IMG/VR virus record: IMGVR_UViG_3300028800_000001
Coordinates: 186,001 to 250,000 of that record
Length of the DNA stretch: 64,000 nucleotides
Direction: 5' to 3' (one strand)
Shown: piece after piece, positions 38,882 through 51,247 of the stretch
Layout: every line of letters begins with the position of its first letter
Numbering within the stretch: position 1 is the stretch's first letter
Program-made: the position numbers and the translations under genes
The notes under the pieces: generated by a model
Told to the model about the DNA's origin: nothing
The model's database searches: none
The model's input: only the letters and a program-made list of their open reading frames with translations

Positions 38882-41739
38882 GACTTTTTTCTGAAGGAAC
38901 AAATAAGAAAAAGGTCATACTTTGGCGTAAAAGCAAGGCATCTATGTTATACTGGCGTTACTGTTGGTACAACACCCGACAGATGTGGAAAATAATAGCA
39001 GGGTAGCAACTCATGCGCATCAGCATGTAGTAACTACCCTCTCGTTTTTTACGCTTCTTCTTTGAGCGCTCTCTCACGCGCTGCCTGGGCTTTCGCATTA
39101 TTAGTCAATCGATCTGCATAGCCGTGTACATATTCTTCTACAAAGAGCGCAATAGCCGCGCCATTCTTGCAACATGGTTTTGCCAGCTCCAACGCTGCGC
39201 TGCGCTGCTCTACTTCACTTTGCTCAGGCCGGTCACCAGTAAGATAGGTATAGCCACAACTGTAACCAACATTGCCTGATTCATCGGTGTCATAATACAT
39301 GCGTGTTCTCGCTTTCGTTTTGTGAAACTTTTTCATCTTAAATCTTTTCAACCGCTTCGATGATATACTTGATCGATGCCTGTTCTGCTTCGTGTTTAGA
39401 AACCAGATCAAAGACAAAGGCCAGCAAGATGCCACCTTTCATACGCAGCCCAATCGCCTCTTCATCATCGTTCGGAAAAACCAGAAACCAGAGATCATAC
39501 GAGCTGATAAAGTATGGTCGCTTCTCTGTGACAAGCGTCACACCAAGAAAAGAGCTCCATTCAACGTGCAGTACTGGCAGCATTGGATAGGGATGCTCAA
39601 TATCTTCCACGAAGAAATTATGATTCTCATCTTTTTCAACGTTCAAGCGGAAACTATCTAACTTTCCCTCTGCCGTCCACCAGGATACCTTGAGTAGATT
39701 TTTCACTTGGTACGCTCCTTCCAAACACGTACCAACTCATCATCTTCCAAGAGTGGAGCCAGCATATAGCGAAATGCCAGATTGTCGCCAGTGCGCGAGA
39801 AGCTTTCTAATGAATAGCTGGAAACGCGCATGAGGAGTGTCTCAAATTGACGCACCACACAATCATCCTCCATCATGACATCTGGCTTGCGAAAGAGTGT
39901 CATCGCGTACATCTCTGCATATTTTGCGTAGCGATGCCCAAAGACCTGTTCGCCAATCGTCTCAGGATCGTAGACATTGTCCTCTATCGTGACAATCTCC
40001 GAGCGCTTCACCTCTACGTTCATCAACTCAGCGCCTTGATAGTGCATGTGCTGCAACTCTTTGAGCCAATACTTACTGGTTGCAATACGCGCCATCTCAC
40101 GTGCCAGGGTGCTTCCCAGCTCTGCAAAATCTTTCGTGGCATATTTCATAGTAAGGCTCCCGTGTTTGCGGTATGCCAGAAGTGGCTTTCCTAATTCTTC
40201 GCTCATGAAAATCTTCCTTTTCTTATCGGTTTTCTCACCAACTCTAGAGGACACCAGGGATATTCTGCGTACTCCAGATTAAGGCGAACACTTTCGTACT
40301 TCACATATTCTAAAAACGCTACTTCTTTCTCTTCTGCGGTCGCGTCCTTGCGAAGCACCTGTTTGTACCAGACAGCCTTTTGAATGATCTTGACTACGTC
40401 TTTGATCACTGAGATGCTGTCCCACCAGCCCACACCATCATAATTACGGTACAGCCGTCCAAAGCTGTAGGTGTCCTTCCCCTCCTGTATAATCTGCTCA
40501 GCGATATCCAGAAAGATTGCGCTACCTGTAGTGATTTCTTCGCCATTCACCGTACGATAATACACAAAGTTTGCCATTAACTTCCTCCAATCGTACCGAC
40601 ATACCACGGCGCTTTCGCGTACTCCAAGTCAAGGCGAACATGTTCTAGCTTGACGTAGTCTAAGAAAGCGCTATCCTTATGTTCAAGTGTCTTTGCAGAC
40701 AATAAAAATTGATAAATTAATGCTTTGGTGATCAACTCCAAGACCGAGCGCATATCTTCATACTCATCAAAGTGAAAGGAGAACGCCGCGTCGTCTGCCA
40801 CAATGCTGACAAAGGTATAGCGCTCAGTGCGCTTTTTCTCCGCAATCGCATAGGAAGCTGCACGAAAGAAATCGGGAAAGTTGTTGACGACGGCCTCATG
40901 ATTGAGGACACGTGAATAGGTAAAAATCATGCTGGTAGTTTCCTTACTTGAATATCTGCAAGCGCTGAGAGATACGTAATCATGCCATTCTTTGCTGCGC
41001 CATCTTCTAAAAGCATTGTTTGATAAATCTTATTCTTGAGCGTGTGCTGCGCAAGGTATTTATGACACGCTGGAACATTGCCAAGAAACTGCTCAACCGG
41101 TTCACCTTCTAAAGAGGTGACAGCGATAAGCTGAAAAGAATACTCTTGCTCAGCATGCTTGACAGCCGCAATGACGGCCTCTGGAAAGCTTTGGTACTCT
41201 TCTGTGGTCAACCCTTTTGCACCGCCGTAGCGATTGCGGTAGATGATTTGCGCGTGCTTTACGCCCCGAATACTATCAATTTGAAATGCGGTCACTTCTT
41301 CAAACCCAAGGCATGCCTCTCCCTCATCACCAAACACCGCAAGGATTTCGACATCAATCTCTTTGTCCATTTCACAGGCAGTGCTACACGCTTCGACAAA
41401 GCTCTGACGAGCCATTGTCCGTATAGGAAGCTCAGGGCTGACTCGATAGACGAGACAGGCAGTCATAACTATTCTCCTTATCTTGCGAAGATGTGGCGGA
41501 ATATCACCCCATCCTCCACATCTTCATATTCAAAAATCTCACGGAGCCACTCAAAGGCTTCGCGCATCACCATATACTTTTGCGCTTCGATCTGGTCATC
41601 CAGAAAATCCGCAATGTCGTCCTCACTGGGCAAGACAGGATAATTCTCAAAAAGAAATTCCCACGCGGTTGCAATCGCTGTTTCTTTTGAAGACGAATCT
41701 TCATTATTGCTGCGCTGATTGCAAAACTTGTAAAATGCT

Positions 41740-42882
41740 TTATTGTTCATGGGTGTAGCGGCTCTCCTCATAATGGCTTTGCATTTCTTCATCAACTGCG
41801 TTGTACCATCCCTCCAGCTCTGGGAGGCATTGGAATATCCAGTTCCACACATCCTGGCGAAACCAGATAGTTTTCGTGTTCTCTTCCCATTCAAAACGAT
41901 CTGGAAGCACTTGTATCGTTGCCCCTTGCTGATCCCAGGAAACGGTTGCAGGAGTGTAGCGCTCATCAAGCGCTGGAATACGCACCATGCCGGTGACCTC
42001 TGTCTCTATTAAATGTCGGACAGCTAAAAGCTGGTACACTGAGACGCGTACCCGTTCAGCAAAGAGTCCTGCATTGTAGTGCGTAAACACCAGATCAATC
42101 TCTGTCCAGTCAGGTTTGCCGTATCTGCCCCAGCCCTCTTTGCGACGGTAAAGCATGTGACGCATGTCTGAGACTGGACACTGGAGTGTCCACACGTCAG
42201 GCGTGCCAAGTAAAAAGAAATCATGCGTCACACTGCCATAACCATGATCAAACGGGCGTATTGGTCGCTCAGTAGTGCTATAACACCGCCTTCCGTAACT
42301 ATCTCTTGGGAATACGGCCTGCGTCTCTTCGAAAACCTCTTCGATCAAGTAGCGATGCTCTCCACGTATTCTTGGACGCACTCGCGTCTTATATTCAGGG
42401 AAGTGCTTGTGGGCATCAGGAATGCGTGCAATCTTTTCACACACATCTGCGTACTCAGCGTTGGTGAGCACCAGTTGTCTTTCAGTGCAATCTCCCCACT
42501 TTGCCAGAAGCACCCGATCACCAGGAAGCTTCTTCTTTGCGTAGCATTCGTAGCGACCAAAGTAACGGGTATCCCACTCTGTCTCTTGTGCGTTGTAACG
42601 CACTTCAAACACCTTTGAGCCAATATCACGTAAGGCCAGAATGCCGTCATAGGAGAGATAGCCATCAGTCAACAGATTTCCCCCTTCATAGACATAAATC
42701 TCGCCCCAGGCGCGGCCAAATTCCTCCGTCTCAAAGGAACCGTAGTTGGCCGCAAGTGTGCGATCTGTAGACAGTAGTCGCTCTTCTTCTAAGCCCAGGA
42801 ACTCGTTCGCTGCGCGATGCACCAGCGATTGCCTGGAAAGAGGCATCTCACCATATGCAAAGGGATTACTTTCGCTCTGCAT
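41740..42882 (-). CDS. hypothetical protein (380 aa)
   Basis: long ORF in co-oriented run. Confidence 0.65.
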   Translation of the reverse strand: MQSESNPFAYGEMPLSRQSLVHRAANEFLGLEEERLLSTDRTLAANYGSFETEEFGRAWGEIYVYEGGNLLTDGYLSYDGILALRDIGSKVFEVRYNAQETEWDTRYFGRYECYAKKKLPGDRVLLAKWGDCTERQLVLTNAEYADVCEKIARIPDAHKHFPEYKTRVRPRIRGEHRYLIEEVFEETQAVFPRDSYGRRCYSTTERPIRPFDHGYGSVTHDFFLLGTPDVWTLQCPVSDMRHMLYRRKEGWGRYGKPDWTEIDLVFTHYNAGLFAERVRVSVYQLLAVRHLIETEVTGMVRIPALDERYTPATVSWDQQGATIQVLPDRFEWEENTKTIWFRQDVWNWIFQCLPELEGWYNAVDEEMQSHYEESRYTHEQ

Positions 42883-43616
42883 AGTACAGTGTCTCCATAT
42901 CCTCACCAAGCCAGTACTGTATCAGAGTAATGAGCGCGGCCTGCTTCTCCCATTCGTCATAGTATTTTTCAGCCGTCATGCCACTTTCCCTGTCATATTT
43001 ATCCAGCGCGCCCTGATCAGCAAGCCATTTCCCCCAATTCCCGCCAAAAGAATAGCTTTCAATCTCATCAAAAAGCTGTACAAAAATGTCATAGGCAGGT
43101 GGTATTCCGTCTGAAGACTGGTCGTGCTCAACTTCCATGATACGGCCCTGGTAGACTAAGCAAAGCGTCCAATGCCAATACGGCGTGGTGTAGACTTCCG
43201 TACGCAACCGATTGTAGCCAGTGTTGTGACTGCGCTGCTCACATTTCAGACACTCAATGACCAGCTCACACGCTGCTCGTTTTTCTTCCAACAGTTCTTC
43301 TAATGTCTCGCTCATGATTTTTCCTCTAACTTCAACAACCGCGCCATCTTGCGAATAAGCGCATCTTTCTCCTCTACGCTGATAGAATGCAGCGCAAGAT
43401 CAATTTCATCACTGAGCTTGCAGCGCTCAGCATAAGCAGTCACATCCTCCATGCGGTAGAGTGCGGTCTCTTCATCTCTGACAACTACCAGAGAGACCGC
43501 AAAGGCACCCTCACGGGCGTAAACCTTGATAGCCTGTTCACATGCTTCTCGTAGCGTGGGAAGCGTGCCAATAATTGCTCCACCACCATCATTATGCGAA
43601 AAAGCATATAATCCCA

Positions 43617-44060
43617 TTATTGTTCCTCTTCTTTCTGTATCCATGTGAAAGCGCGTTGCACCAGCGTTTCACGGATTGCTAAATCAACTGTGTTGATTGG
43701 CCTGCCTCCTGGCATACGGAAATTTCCAACCCAATGCGCAACCGCATCAAGCGTCCAAAAGGGGTGTTCCTCTATCGCCAATCGTGCTTTCTCAACAATG
43801 TCTTCTGTCTGTTCCTGTGTGAGTGGCACAGGGTAGGTGCCATACTCTCGTGTTACTTCGCCCAATGTTTCAAGCAGCACCTCTGTACGTGTTGCTTTCG
43901 AAACGGTGTTACTCAAGCGTCCACCAGGAAGCACCTGCACACCAAGATGATTAGTAAGGAGATCCTGACTCCACTCTGGATGATGAATAAGCAGCCGCCT
44001 TGCAGTGCTCTTCATCTCCGCACGCTGTTCTTCGGTCATTTGTACGAGATCACTATTCAT
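43617..44060 (-). CDS. hypothetical protein with internal duplication
   Basis: two HPxW...PGGRxxNTV repeats. Confidence 0.6.
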   Translation of the reverse strand: MNSDLVQMTEEQRAEMKSTARRLLIHHPEWSQDLLTNHLGVQVLPGGRLSNTVSKATRTEVLLETLGEVTREYGTYPVPLTQEQTEDIVEKARLAIEEHPFWTLDAVAHWVGNFRMPGGRPINTVDLAIRETLVQRAFTWIQKEEEQ

Positions 44061-46640
44061 GAATGCACCGCCAAGCGAATTGGCTTATCCAGCACGAGTA
44101 GTTCTTTGAGTGCCGGAAGCAGCCGTTTTGCCTGATCGATATCACTGATCATCACCAAGCCAGAATTATCGGTTGTCTCCATGCGCAGGAGCCCAGTGAA
44201 GATGGGGAAAACCTGTGTACCTGCTTCAAGCGTAATCACCGTATAACTATTTGGAATACGGTTCCCCATCTTCTCATAGATCGTATCTTTGGCAAGATAG
44301 CAGCACCAGTCAAAATCCAACTCAGGATAGTCCATGAGCAGTTTAGCCGCGCACAACTTCTCCAGTGGTACCTGTTTTTGCTGTTGCTGTTTTGGTGACC
44401 AGAGCTCAAAGTTCATATCATGGAGTGTTCTTTGAATAATCCCACGATAGTTCACCTCTGCTGGTCCTTCTTTTTGCACATCCAGCGAAACGCTACACTT
44501 TGCTGCTTCATCCAGTCCTGCCTCAAAATCTTCCAGATAGTTCAGGTGTTTCTGTGTACGCATCTTCTGCGGAAGCAGAAAATTATATTCAGCACCCACC
44601 TGCGGTAAGTCCAGCAAAATCGTTCTGTGCCCGATTGAATAATCACTTTCCTGATGAAAGATCACATCTGCTCTATTCAAAACCATCATCCTCCTCTAGA
44701 AAAACATTCAACGCGATCCGCATATCTTCCATCTGCTCTTGTGTCAGGCCAGAAGATGTACGCTCTCCAATACCAAGGGTATAGATAACGGTCTCGCCTT
44801 GATTAATGAGCCCCTTTTGTAACCAGATCGGATTGATACGGCTGGGCACCAACAGCGTGAGTTCTTGCGGATCAATATCAGGACGCGCTGCACGATACGT
44901 ATTCACCACATCGCGAAAACGCTCCTGCGCTAACCGCTCTTCTATCTGCTTTTTACTTATCGACATCTTTTTTCTCCAATGTTTTTTGCAAGAGCGTGAC
45001 CATCATTTCAACCTCTTGCCGATCAAGCGGAAAGGTCACATGCTCTGCCACGCCAACGGTAAATGATTCATAGCCTTCATCGTCAGTCACACGGCTTATC
45101 CAGACGGGACGCACATGACGAGAAATAAGGACAATCCCTGGATCGTGTATAAGTTTTGGACGTTGCAACCGTTCTTTCTCTACGTAGAGACTGACCAACC
45201 ATGCAATGCGCTCTTCCGATTGCATTTTTCTCTCCTCTCTAACGATGAATGAACAAAAACAATCTTTCTTGCGCTGCAAACTGAAAGAGAATGTTAAGAT
45301 CACGTATCCATGCATAAGAAAGTGTCTCCTCTGGATCGCTTTCGTCATATGGTATCTCTTGGTCACCGGCAATATTTGGCCCCAACTCTTGTACATAGTC
45401 GTTAAGCCGCTGCGCAACAGAAGCAACTTCATCAGGCTCCAGTGTCCCAGTAATATACTCATCACACGCCAGATCAAAGAACTCAATAAACGGAGAAATT
45501 TTAAACGCTCCCTGATAGATCTGATTGGGGAGCGAAGGGATGGCAGGCCAGACAAGTCCTTGCCCCGTTTCTAACTCTGTATCATCTTCGCTCTTGGCAA
45601 ACGCCACATCTTTCACAAACTGTGCATCTAAACTCATTGTTCTACCCTCCTATAAAAAGAAAGAAGCCAGCGAAACACCGGCTCCTACAACACATATGTA
45701 CGCAACACTTGCCGCCAGAACTTGATTGCCTTGCCCTCTATTTAAGCGGGTGTATGCTGCGCACCCGCGCCAGATGAAGAGTACTAAAAAGAGGAGAGAA
45801 ATGAGCTTCATGCGTTCATAGCTTTCTTCAAATCTTGCACATCGTAGAAGAGGCATTCCCCTGTATGATCTACTCTTTCAGTAGTAAATGCTTCGCTGCC
45901 ACAAGCGCGACAGCGCCAATAGCGTTCATCTTGCCATGCTTCTTCATGACCATCATCCACCACATGCTCGTATAAAAGTGTATCCAGCTTCGAAAGAATG
46001 CGTAAGCCAACGCGTATTTGTTCATCCATTTCTCTTCTCTCCTTTATGAAATTACTACGTGAAAAAACGGGTATAAGAAAAATCCAAAGCAAATGCCAGA
46101 AATCACCAAACACACAATAGTAGCTATTCCCATCAACTGACGGTTCCCGATTCCCCTCGCATACTGATCAAGGGAGCGTAGCCCAAAGATGAGGAAGAGA
46201 AAAGCATACAAAATGAAAAAGTCATTGCTCATTGCTCTTCTCCTTTAAAACTGCACATGAAAGATCGCGCAAAAGGTAAGTACAAAAGCGGCTCCCGCAA
46301 CAAAAGTGGCTCCCCAGCAAGCCCATAGGAGACTGCGGCGCGCATTGCTCTTCATACTCTTATCAAGTAACGTCAGAGAAAAGGCCAGCGAAGCGTTTAA
46401 AAGAAGGACAAACACTGCCTCCATCTTACTTACTCCTCGTCTTCAATCTTGAGAAGAACTTTCCCAGCGGCCAGCTCCATGTACTTGCGCAAATGTGCAA
46501 CCTCTTTTTCACCAACCACTGAAAAGCTCTTTGGACGAATTGCCGTTGTTTGTGTGCGTACCATTGCCTGTAAAAACACAGTGGCATGGGTGCTATCGTG
46601 ATACTCCACCCAGGCAATCGCATGGTACGGAATATCGCAA

Positions 46641-47477
46641 TTATTCAATCTCAGCAACATTGTTCTCTTCTCCTTTATAGCCACCAGCATAGCCGCGATT
46701 AGGAACACCGTAGAGGTCAATAAGCCCCTGGCGTGGTGCCCAATCCTGCAAGAATGCCTCAACACAGGCAGGCGTGCAGTGGCCTGCTATTGTCCATTTT
46801 TCACGCGTCTCTTTGTAATCATGCGTACGCAAGAGTACTGCATACCCTCCTACGAGTGTTGCCAACTGCGCTGTAAGTAGGTCAAGTGAATAGCCAACAC
46901 CGTTATCGTATTCGCGCAAGTCTCTCAGTTTTTGCCCACCAATCTCAATTTCAGGAGCGGCGTCTAGACGTTCTCTCATCACCTGTACGCGTGCATTGAC
47001 CTCATCGACAGATACATGAAGCTTCAGGACAATCTCTGCAACTTTTCTGGCAAGCACTTCTTCAGATGTGACGCCAGGGCATCGTCCACGAAGTGCCTGT
47101 GCAGGACAATGATCCATTGCAGCCAGCACGAGCTGCTCTTGCGATGGAGCGCCAAGATTGAGGAATGCAAAGAGCTGTCCAAGCGAAGATGACTCCCAAT
47201 AGTGCTCTGCGGTTCCTGCGTAGCCAGGATCAAATGGTCGATGATGATCAAGCCTGAGATAGTGCTTTGGAAGGATGATCGGTTCGCACTCAACCAGCAC
47301 CAGTGTGACCCAATCGGGAATTTCACTAAACGGTGCTGCTCTATACGCATTGCCAGCATGCACATATGCACCGTCGCATAGTGCATAGGCATAATCTTGT
47401 CGCTGCTCTTCTAAAACTTTCGTGATCTCACGCATTTCAGGATCATCAGCGCCAAGAAGAAATTGATATTTTTGCAT
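46641..47477 (-). CDS. DHH-motif phosphoesterase-like protein
   Basis: LGADDPEM, VECE, RLDHH, AMDH acidic/His motifs. Confidence 0.45.
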   Translation of the reverse strand: MQKYQFLLGADDPEMREITKVLEEQRQDYAYALCDGAYVHAGNAYRAAPFSEIPDWVTLVLVECEPIILPKHYLRLDHHRPFDPGYAGTAEHYWESSSLGQLFAFLNLGAPSQEQLVLAAMDHCPAQALRGRCPGVTSEEVLARKVAEIVLKLHVSVDEVNARVQVMRERLDAAPEIEIGGQKLRDLREYDNGVGYSLDLLTAQLATLVGGYAVLLRTHDYKETREKWTIAGHCTPACVEAFLQDWAPRQGLIDLYGVPNRGYAGGYKGEENNVAEIE

Positions 47478-47492
47478 TCGTTTCTCTCTTTT

Positions 47493-47960
47493 CTATTTAA
47501 AGCCGATATAACTGTTGACAGCGTCAATGCTTTCTTGTTCGTTCCACAGAGCACGTGCGGCCTCAAGCTCACGCCTGAGTGCTTCCTCCTCGTCCTCAGA
47601 GAGCTCCCAGCAATCGCATTCATACGGTTGCGGTGCAATACACGTCGCATCTTCACACTTCCACCCACACACTTCACAACGCGTGTTTTCTTCATCCATG
47701 CTATCTTGAGCAGCACAGCGTGGGCAGCGCCCTTCCTCTATACAGTGAGAACAAGGATCAAAATCTGTGAGATATCCAGAGCCAAGACTGACACCTGCGG
47801 GGCTGGGATCGTAAGTAGAATAGAAACCACCAACAGCGCCACACGGGCGACAATAATGCGGATAAAGCGTTTCGAAGCGCTCAAGTTCTCTTTCGTAAGC
47901 GTCTGTGCGCTCGTTGCAGCCAGCGCTATGCCCATTTGCTTCTAATGTACATTTGCTCAT
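47493..47960 (-). CDS. Cys-rich Zn-finger protein
   Basis: YPHYCRPCG..PCSHC..GRCPRC. Confidence 0.6.
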   Translation of the reverse strand: MSKCTLEANGHSAGCNERTDAYERELERFETLYPHYCRPCGAVGGFYSTYDPSPAGVSLGSGYLTDFDPCSHCIEEGRCPRCAAQDSMDEENTRCEVCGWKCEDATCIAPQPYECDCWELSEDEEEALRRELEAARALWNEQESIDAVNSYIGFK

Positions 47961-49175
47961 CGTTTTTTCTCCTCTAATTTCTTGTCACGCACACGTGAGT
48001 AGTTCCAGCAGCATCTTTATATTCATGCACCGTGAAAACGCCCTTTGCTTTTTTCCACTCTTCAAAGGTGTACCCTTCTAGAAAGAGTGTTGCAAAAAGC
48101 TCGTTCTTTTCAACCACCCACATATCCCCAGGCTGAAGACGCGTTCGGTCTTCAAGATAGTCTATAAGTGTTCTCATTCTTTTTCTCCTAGAATATCCAA
48201 ATGTAAGTTCTCAGCGATAAGCCGCAAGCAGGCGCGGATATGGCCGCGATCATCAGTGTGATAGGCTTCACGCAACAACGTTTCTGTGCCGTAGTCTTCA
48301 ATATACTGACGTAGCTGCTCTATCTCGACCAGTGTCCGGCCTTTCCCCACAACCTGTACAAAAGCGGCCTCGCCACTCTCGTGATCCTCTATGGCCTTTT
48401 CGCACGCTTCAAGCAAAGAATCAAACCACAATTCTTGGCGATGCCGATAGATATCAAATTGATACTGCACTGATTTTTTATTCATAGCGGTGGTTCCTTT
48501 CTTCTGTTTCGCAGTAACGCTCTGCCGCATCAAGCGTGTCAAAGCGCACTTCGCCATTAAGAAGAATACTGTGAAAAGAGCCAATGCCACGATCTTCGTA
48601 CTCTATAGCTGTCTTGCACGCCTCAAAAAGCGTGTCGCATTCTTTTTCTTGTAAGACGAGAAGACGCCAATAGTTTAAAATTATTTGCTCCATTGTTTCT
48701 TTTCCTCGATAGCCTGCGCGGCCTCTAACATCGTGTGGAATTGTGTGAGGGTGATGCGTCCCAGAAAGCGTGAGGTGGTGTGCCACGCGATCCAGGTGTC
48801 ACCCTCTCGCTCTTGCACAATATAATTCTTCTCGTAGAGGCGAATGCGAAAACCGTCTCTTCCCTCTTCGCCAAACATGGCGTCCAGAAAGTCCATCGTA
48901 AGATCAGTATTTGAGAGCATTCTTTTTCTCCTTATGCGGCCTGTTTGAAACCTTCGATTGCTTGCGCGCCCTGCTCAGGCGTCACATAAAATGCGACCAC
49001 ACGACAATGCCAAAAAGGAGAAACGATAGAACAGGTTTCCCAACGACCAGCCTCAAAATGCTGTGCCACATAACGACCTTTACGCACCTGTAAACGATAG
49101 CCGTCTTTTCCTGTCTCACTCAAAAGCTTTTTCATTTCCATTTCTCCTTGAATTATTTGTTTCTCTAATAAGGTA

Positions 49176-49230
49176 AGTATAGGTCTTTTGCCATAAATCG
49201 TCAAGCATTTTTTCTATGAATATTCAGAAA
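49176..49230 (-). promoter_or_regulatory. sigma70-type promoter with upstream box
   Basis: TTGACG-17-TATACT, TTTCTGAATA. Confidence 0.75.
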
Positions 49231-49279
49231 TTAGAGCAAGTGAGAAAAAGATCATGCGGCACACCAAAGAGAAAATACA

Positions 49280-51170
49280 CGGCTGGAATTAATTACGAAT
49301 AAATAAGAGGGGTGCGCAATGAATTAGAAATTAATTCCGCCGTCTTTTCTCGCGTCCAAGAATTAATTATCATAATTACTCTGGAATTAATTTTAATTAA
49401 CTGAGAGGCTGGAATGAATTAGGGAATTATTTCGTAATTAGAAATTAATTCCAGAGTAATTAAAAAGAATTAGCGCCCCTGTCGAATAATTAAATTTAAT
49501 TACCCCGTAATTAGAAATGAATGAGCAAGTATCCGTGAATTAATTATGGGAATTAAAATTTAATTACGGGGTATCTCCTAATTAGGAGGGGAATTAATTT
49601 TAATTCCAAATTTAATGAGCAGGTATCTTCGAATTAATTAGAGGTTACTCCTAATTAATTTTTTAATTACCAAATAACTCGAAATTAATTAGGAGGTATC
49701 ACTTTATTAAATGATTTAATTAAGGGGGTATCTCAAAGTAATTAGAAGGTATCTGAAATTAATTAGGAGTAACCTCTAATTACTTTTTTAATTAGCAAAG
49801 ACGGCTGGAATTAATTAGGGGTATCCTCTTATTTCTCAAAAGTAATTACGGGGTATCGCTAATTAATTATGGGATATCTCTTAATTACTTCAAGGTATCC
49901 CTCGGAATTAAAAAGTAATTAGCAGGTATCTCTTAATTAACTCCGAGTAATTAGAAGGTATCTCAAATTAATTAGCGGTTACCCGTAATTACTTGAAGGT
50001 ATCACTTAATTAAATCATTTAATTAAGGGGTTATCGCTAATTACTTCAAGGTATCTCAATTAATTAGGAGGTATCTCCAAGTAATTACGAAGTGCCACTC
50101 CAGGGGCTCATAATTACTTTTTTCGTAATTGGCTCAGACCGCTCCACAGGCGTGTTTAGAAATTAGCATATACCTCCAATTAATTAGCGATACCCTCCAT
50201 TACCGTTTTACCGTTCTCTTTTTGAGCTCTATTTTCACCATCAGCAGGGGCATATTTGGCTCGTGGCGGGGGTGAAATTAGAAGAAATAACAGGAGATCT
50301 TTTGAGCTCAGAATTTAATTAGAAGGTATCTGGAAGTAATTACAGGGTATCGCTAATTCCTCAAAATTAATTAGGAGATATATGCTAATTACTTGAAGGT
50401 ATCTCCTAATTCCCAGAAATTAATGAGAGGGTATCCTGAATTAATTATGGGGTATTGCTAATTAATTAGAGGTAACCCGTAATTACTCAAAATTAATTAG
50501 CATATATCTCCGAGTAATTAGAGAGGGGCACTTAATTAAATCATTTAATTAAGGGGTATCCCAAAATTAATTAACAGGTATCTCTCGTAATTAAAAATTA
50601 ATTAGCTGGTATCTTCAATTAATTAGCAATACCTCATAATTAATTGGAGGGGTATCTCCTAATTAAAATTAATTGTTGGAAGTAATTAGCAGATAGGGAT
50701 AATTAATTAAGAGGTCTTCGGAATTAATTAAGAGATACCTGCTAATTACTTTTAATTGTTGGAATGAATTATCCGTAATTAGGAAGTAATTAGAAATAAC
50801 TTTTCATTGCCCATAATTAATTAAGAGATACCTGTTAATTAATTTTTTATTACTGGAGTTAATTAGCGGGGTATCAGCGAATTAAAATTAATTGTCAGAA
50901 TGAATTATCCGGCGTCCGAATGTAATGAGAAGTTATTTCTCATTACCCCCGAATTAATTATGGGATATCTCGTAATTAAATTTCAGTGTCCGGTCTGAAG
51001 AAAGTAATTGCTAATTAATTAAAAAGTAATTCCGAGACCGGCCTGAGTAATAAAAATAATTCTTTCCCACTTTTTCTCAGTATTCCCATAATTCCCAATT
51101 CCCCATAAAAAATTACTTTCCCCTTTCCGCGCCCACGAAGAAAAAGAAAAGTAATTCGTATCCTCCATTA
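49280..51170. repeat. 1.9-kb non-coding AT-rich array of TAATTA-N11/12(GGTATC)-TAATTA pseudo-palindromes (candidate origin/centromere)
   Basis: dozens of TAATTA and GGTATC/GATACC motifs, no ORF >=60 aa over 49204-51019, near the coding-strand switch. Confidence 0.85.
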
Positions 51171-51247
51171 TAGAGAGTTCTTTGTTGCCTCTGCAATTGT
51201 TTTGGCTGCATCCCAGAAAAAAGAGAGGTGCGCCCCATTGATACAAT

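Larger units (their letters stand above)
39049..49142 (-). other. dense run of ~25 small hypothetical early-type genes including several paralog sets
   Basis: overlapping start/stop codons, RBSs, downstream of promoter at 49176-49230. Confidence 0.7.

Noticed and set aside
1-49200. Most plus-strand ORFs antisense to minus-strand genes (e.g. 966-1463, 3201-3704, 11542-12057, 17806-18375, 31787-32320)
   Set aside because: Shadow frames of better-supported genes, without RBS or motifs
49280-51170. CRISPR array
   Set aside because: No constant-length repeat with unique spacers; motifs occur in both orientations; no cas genes in the window
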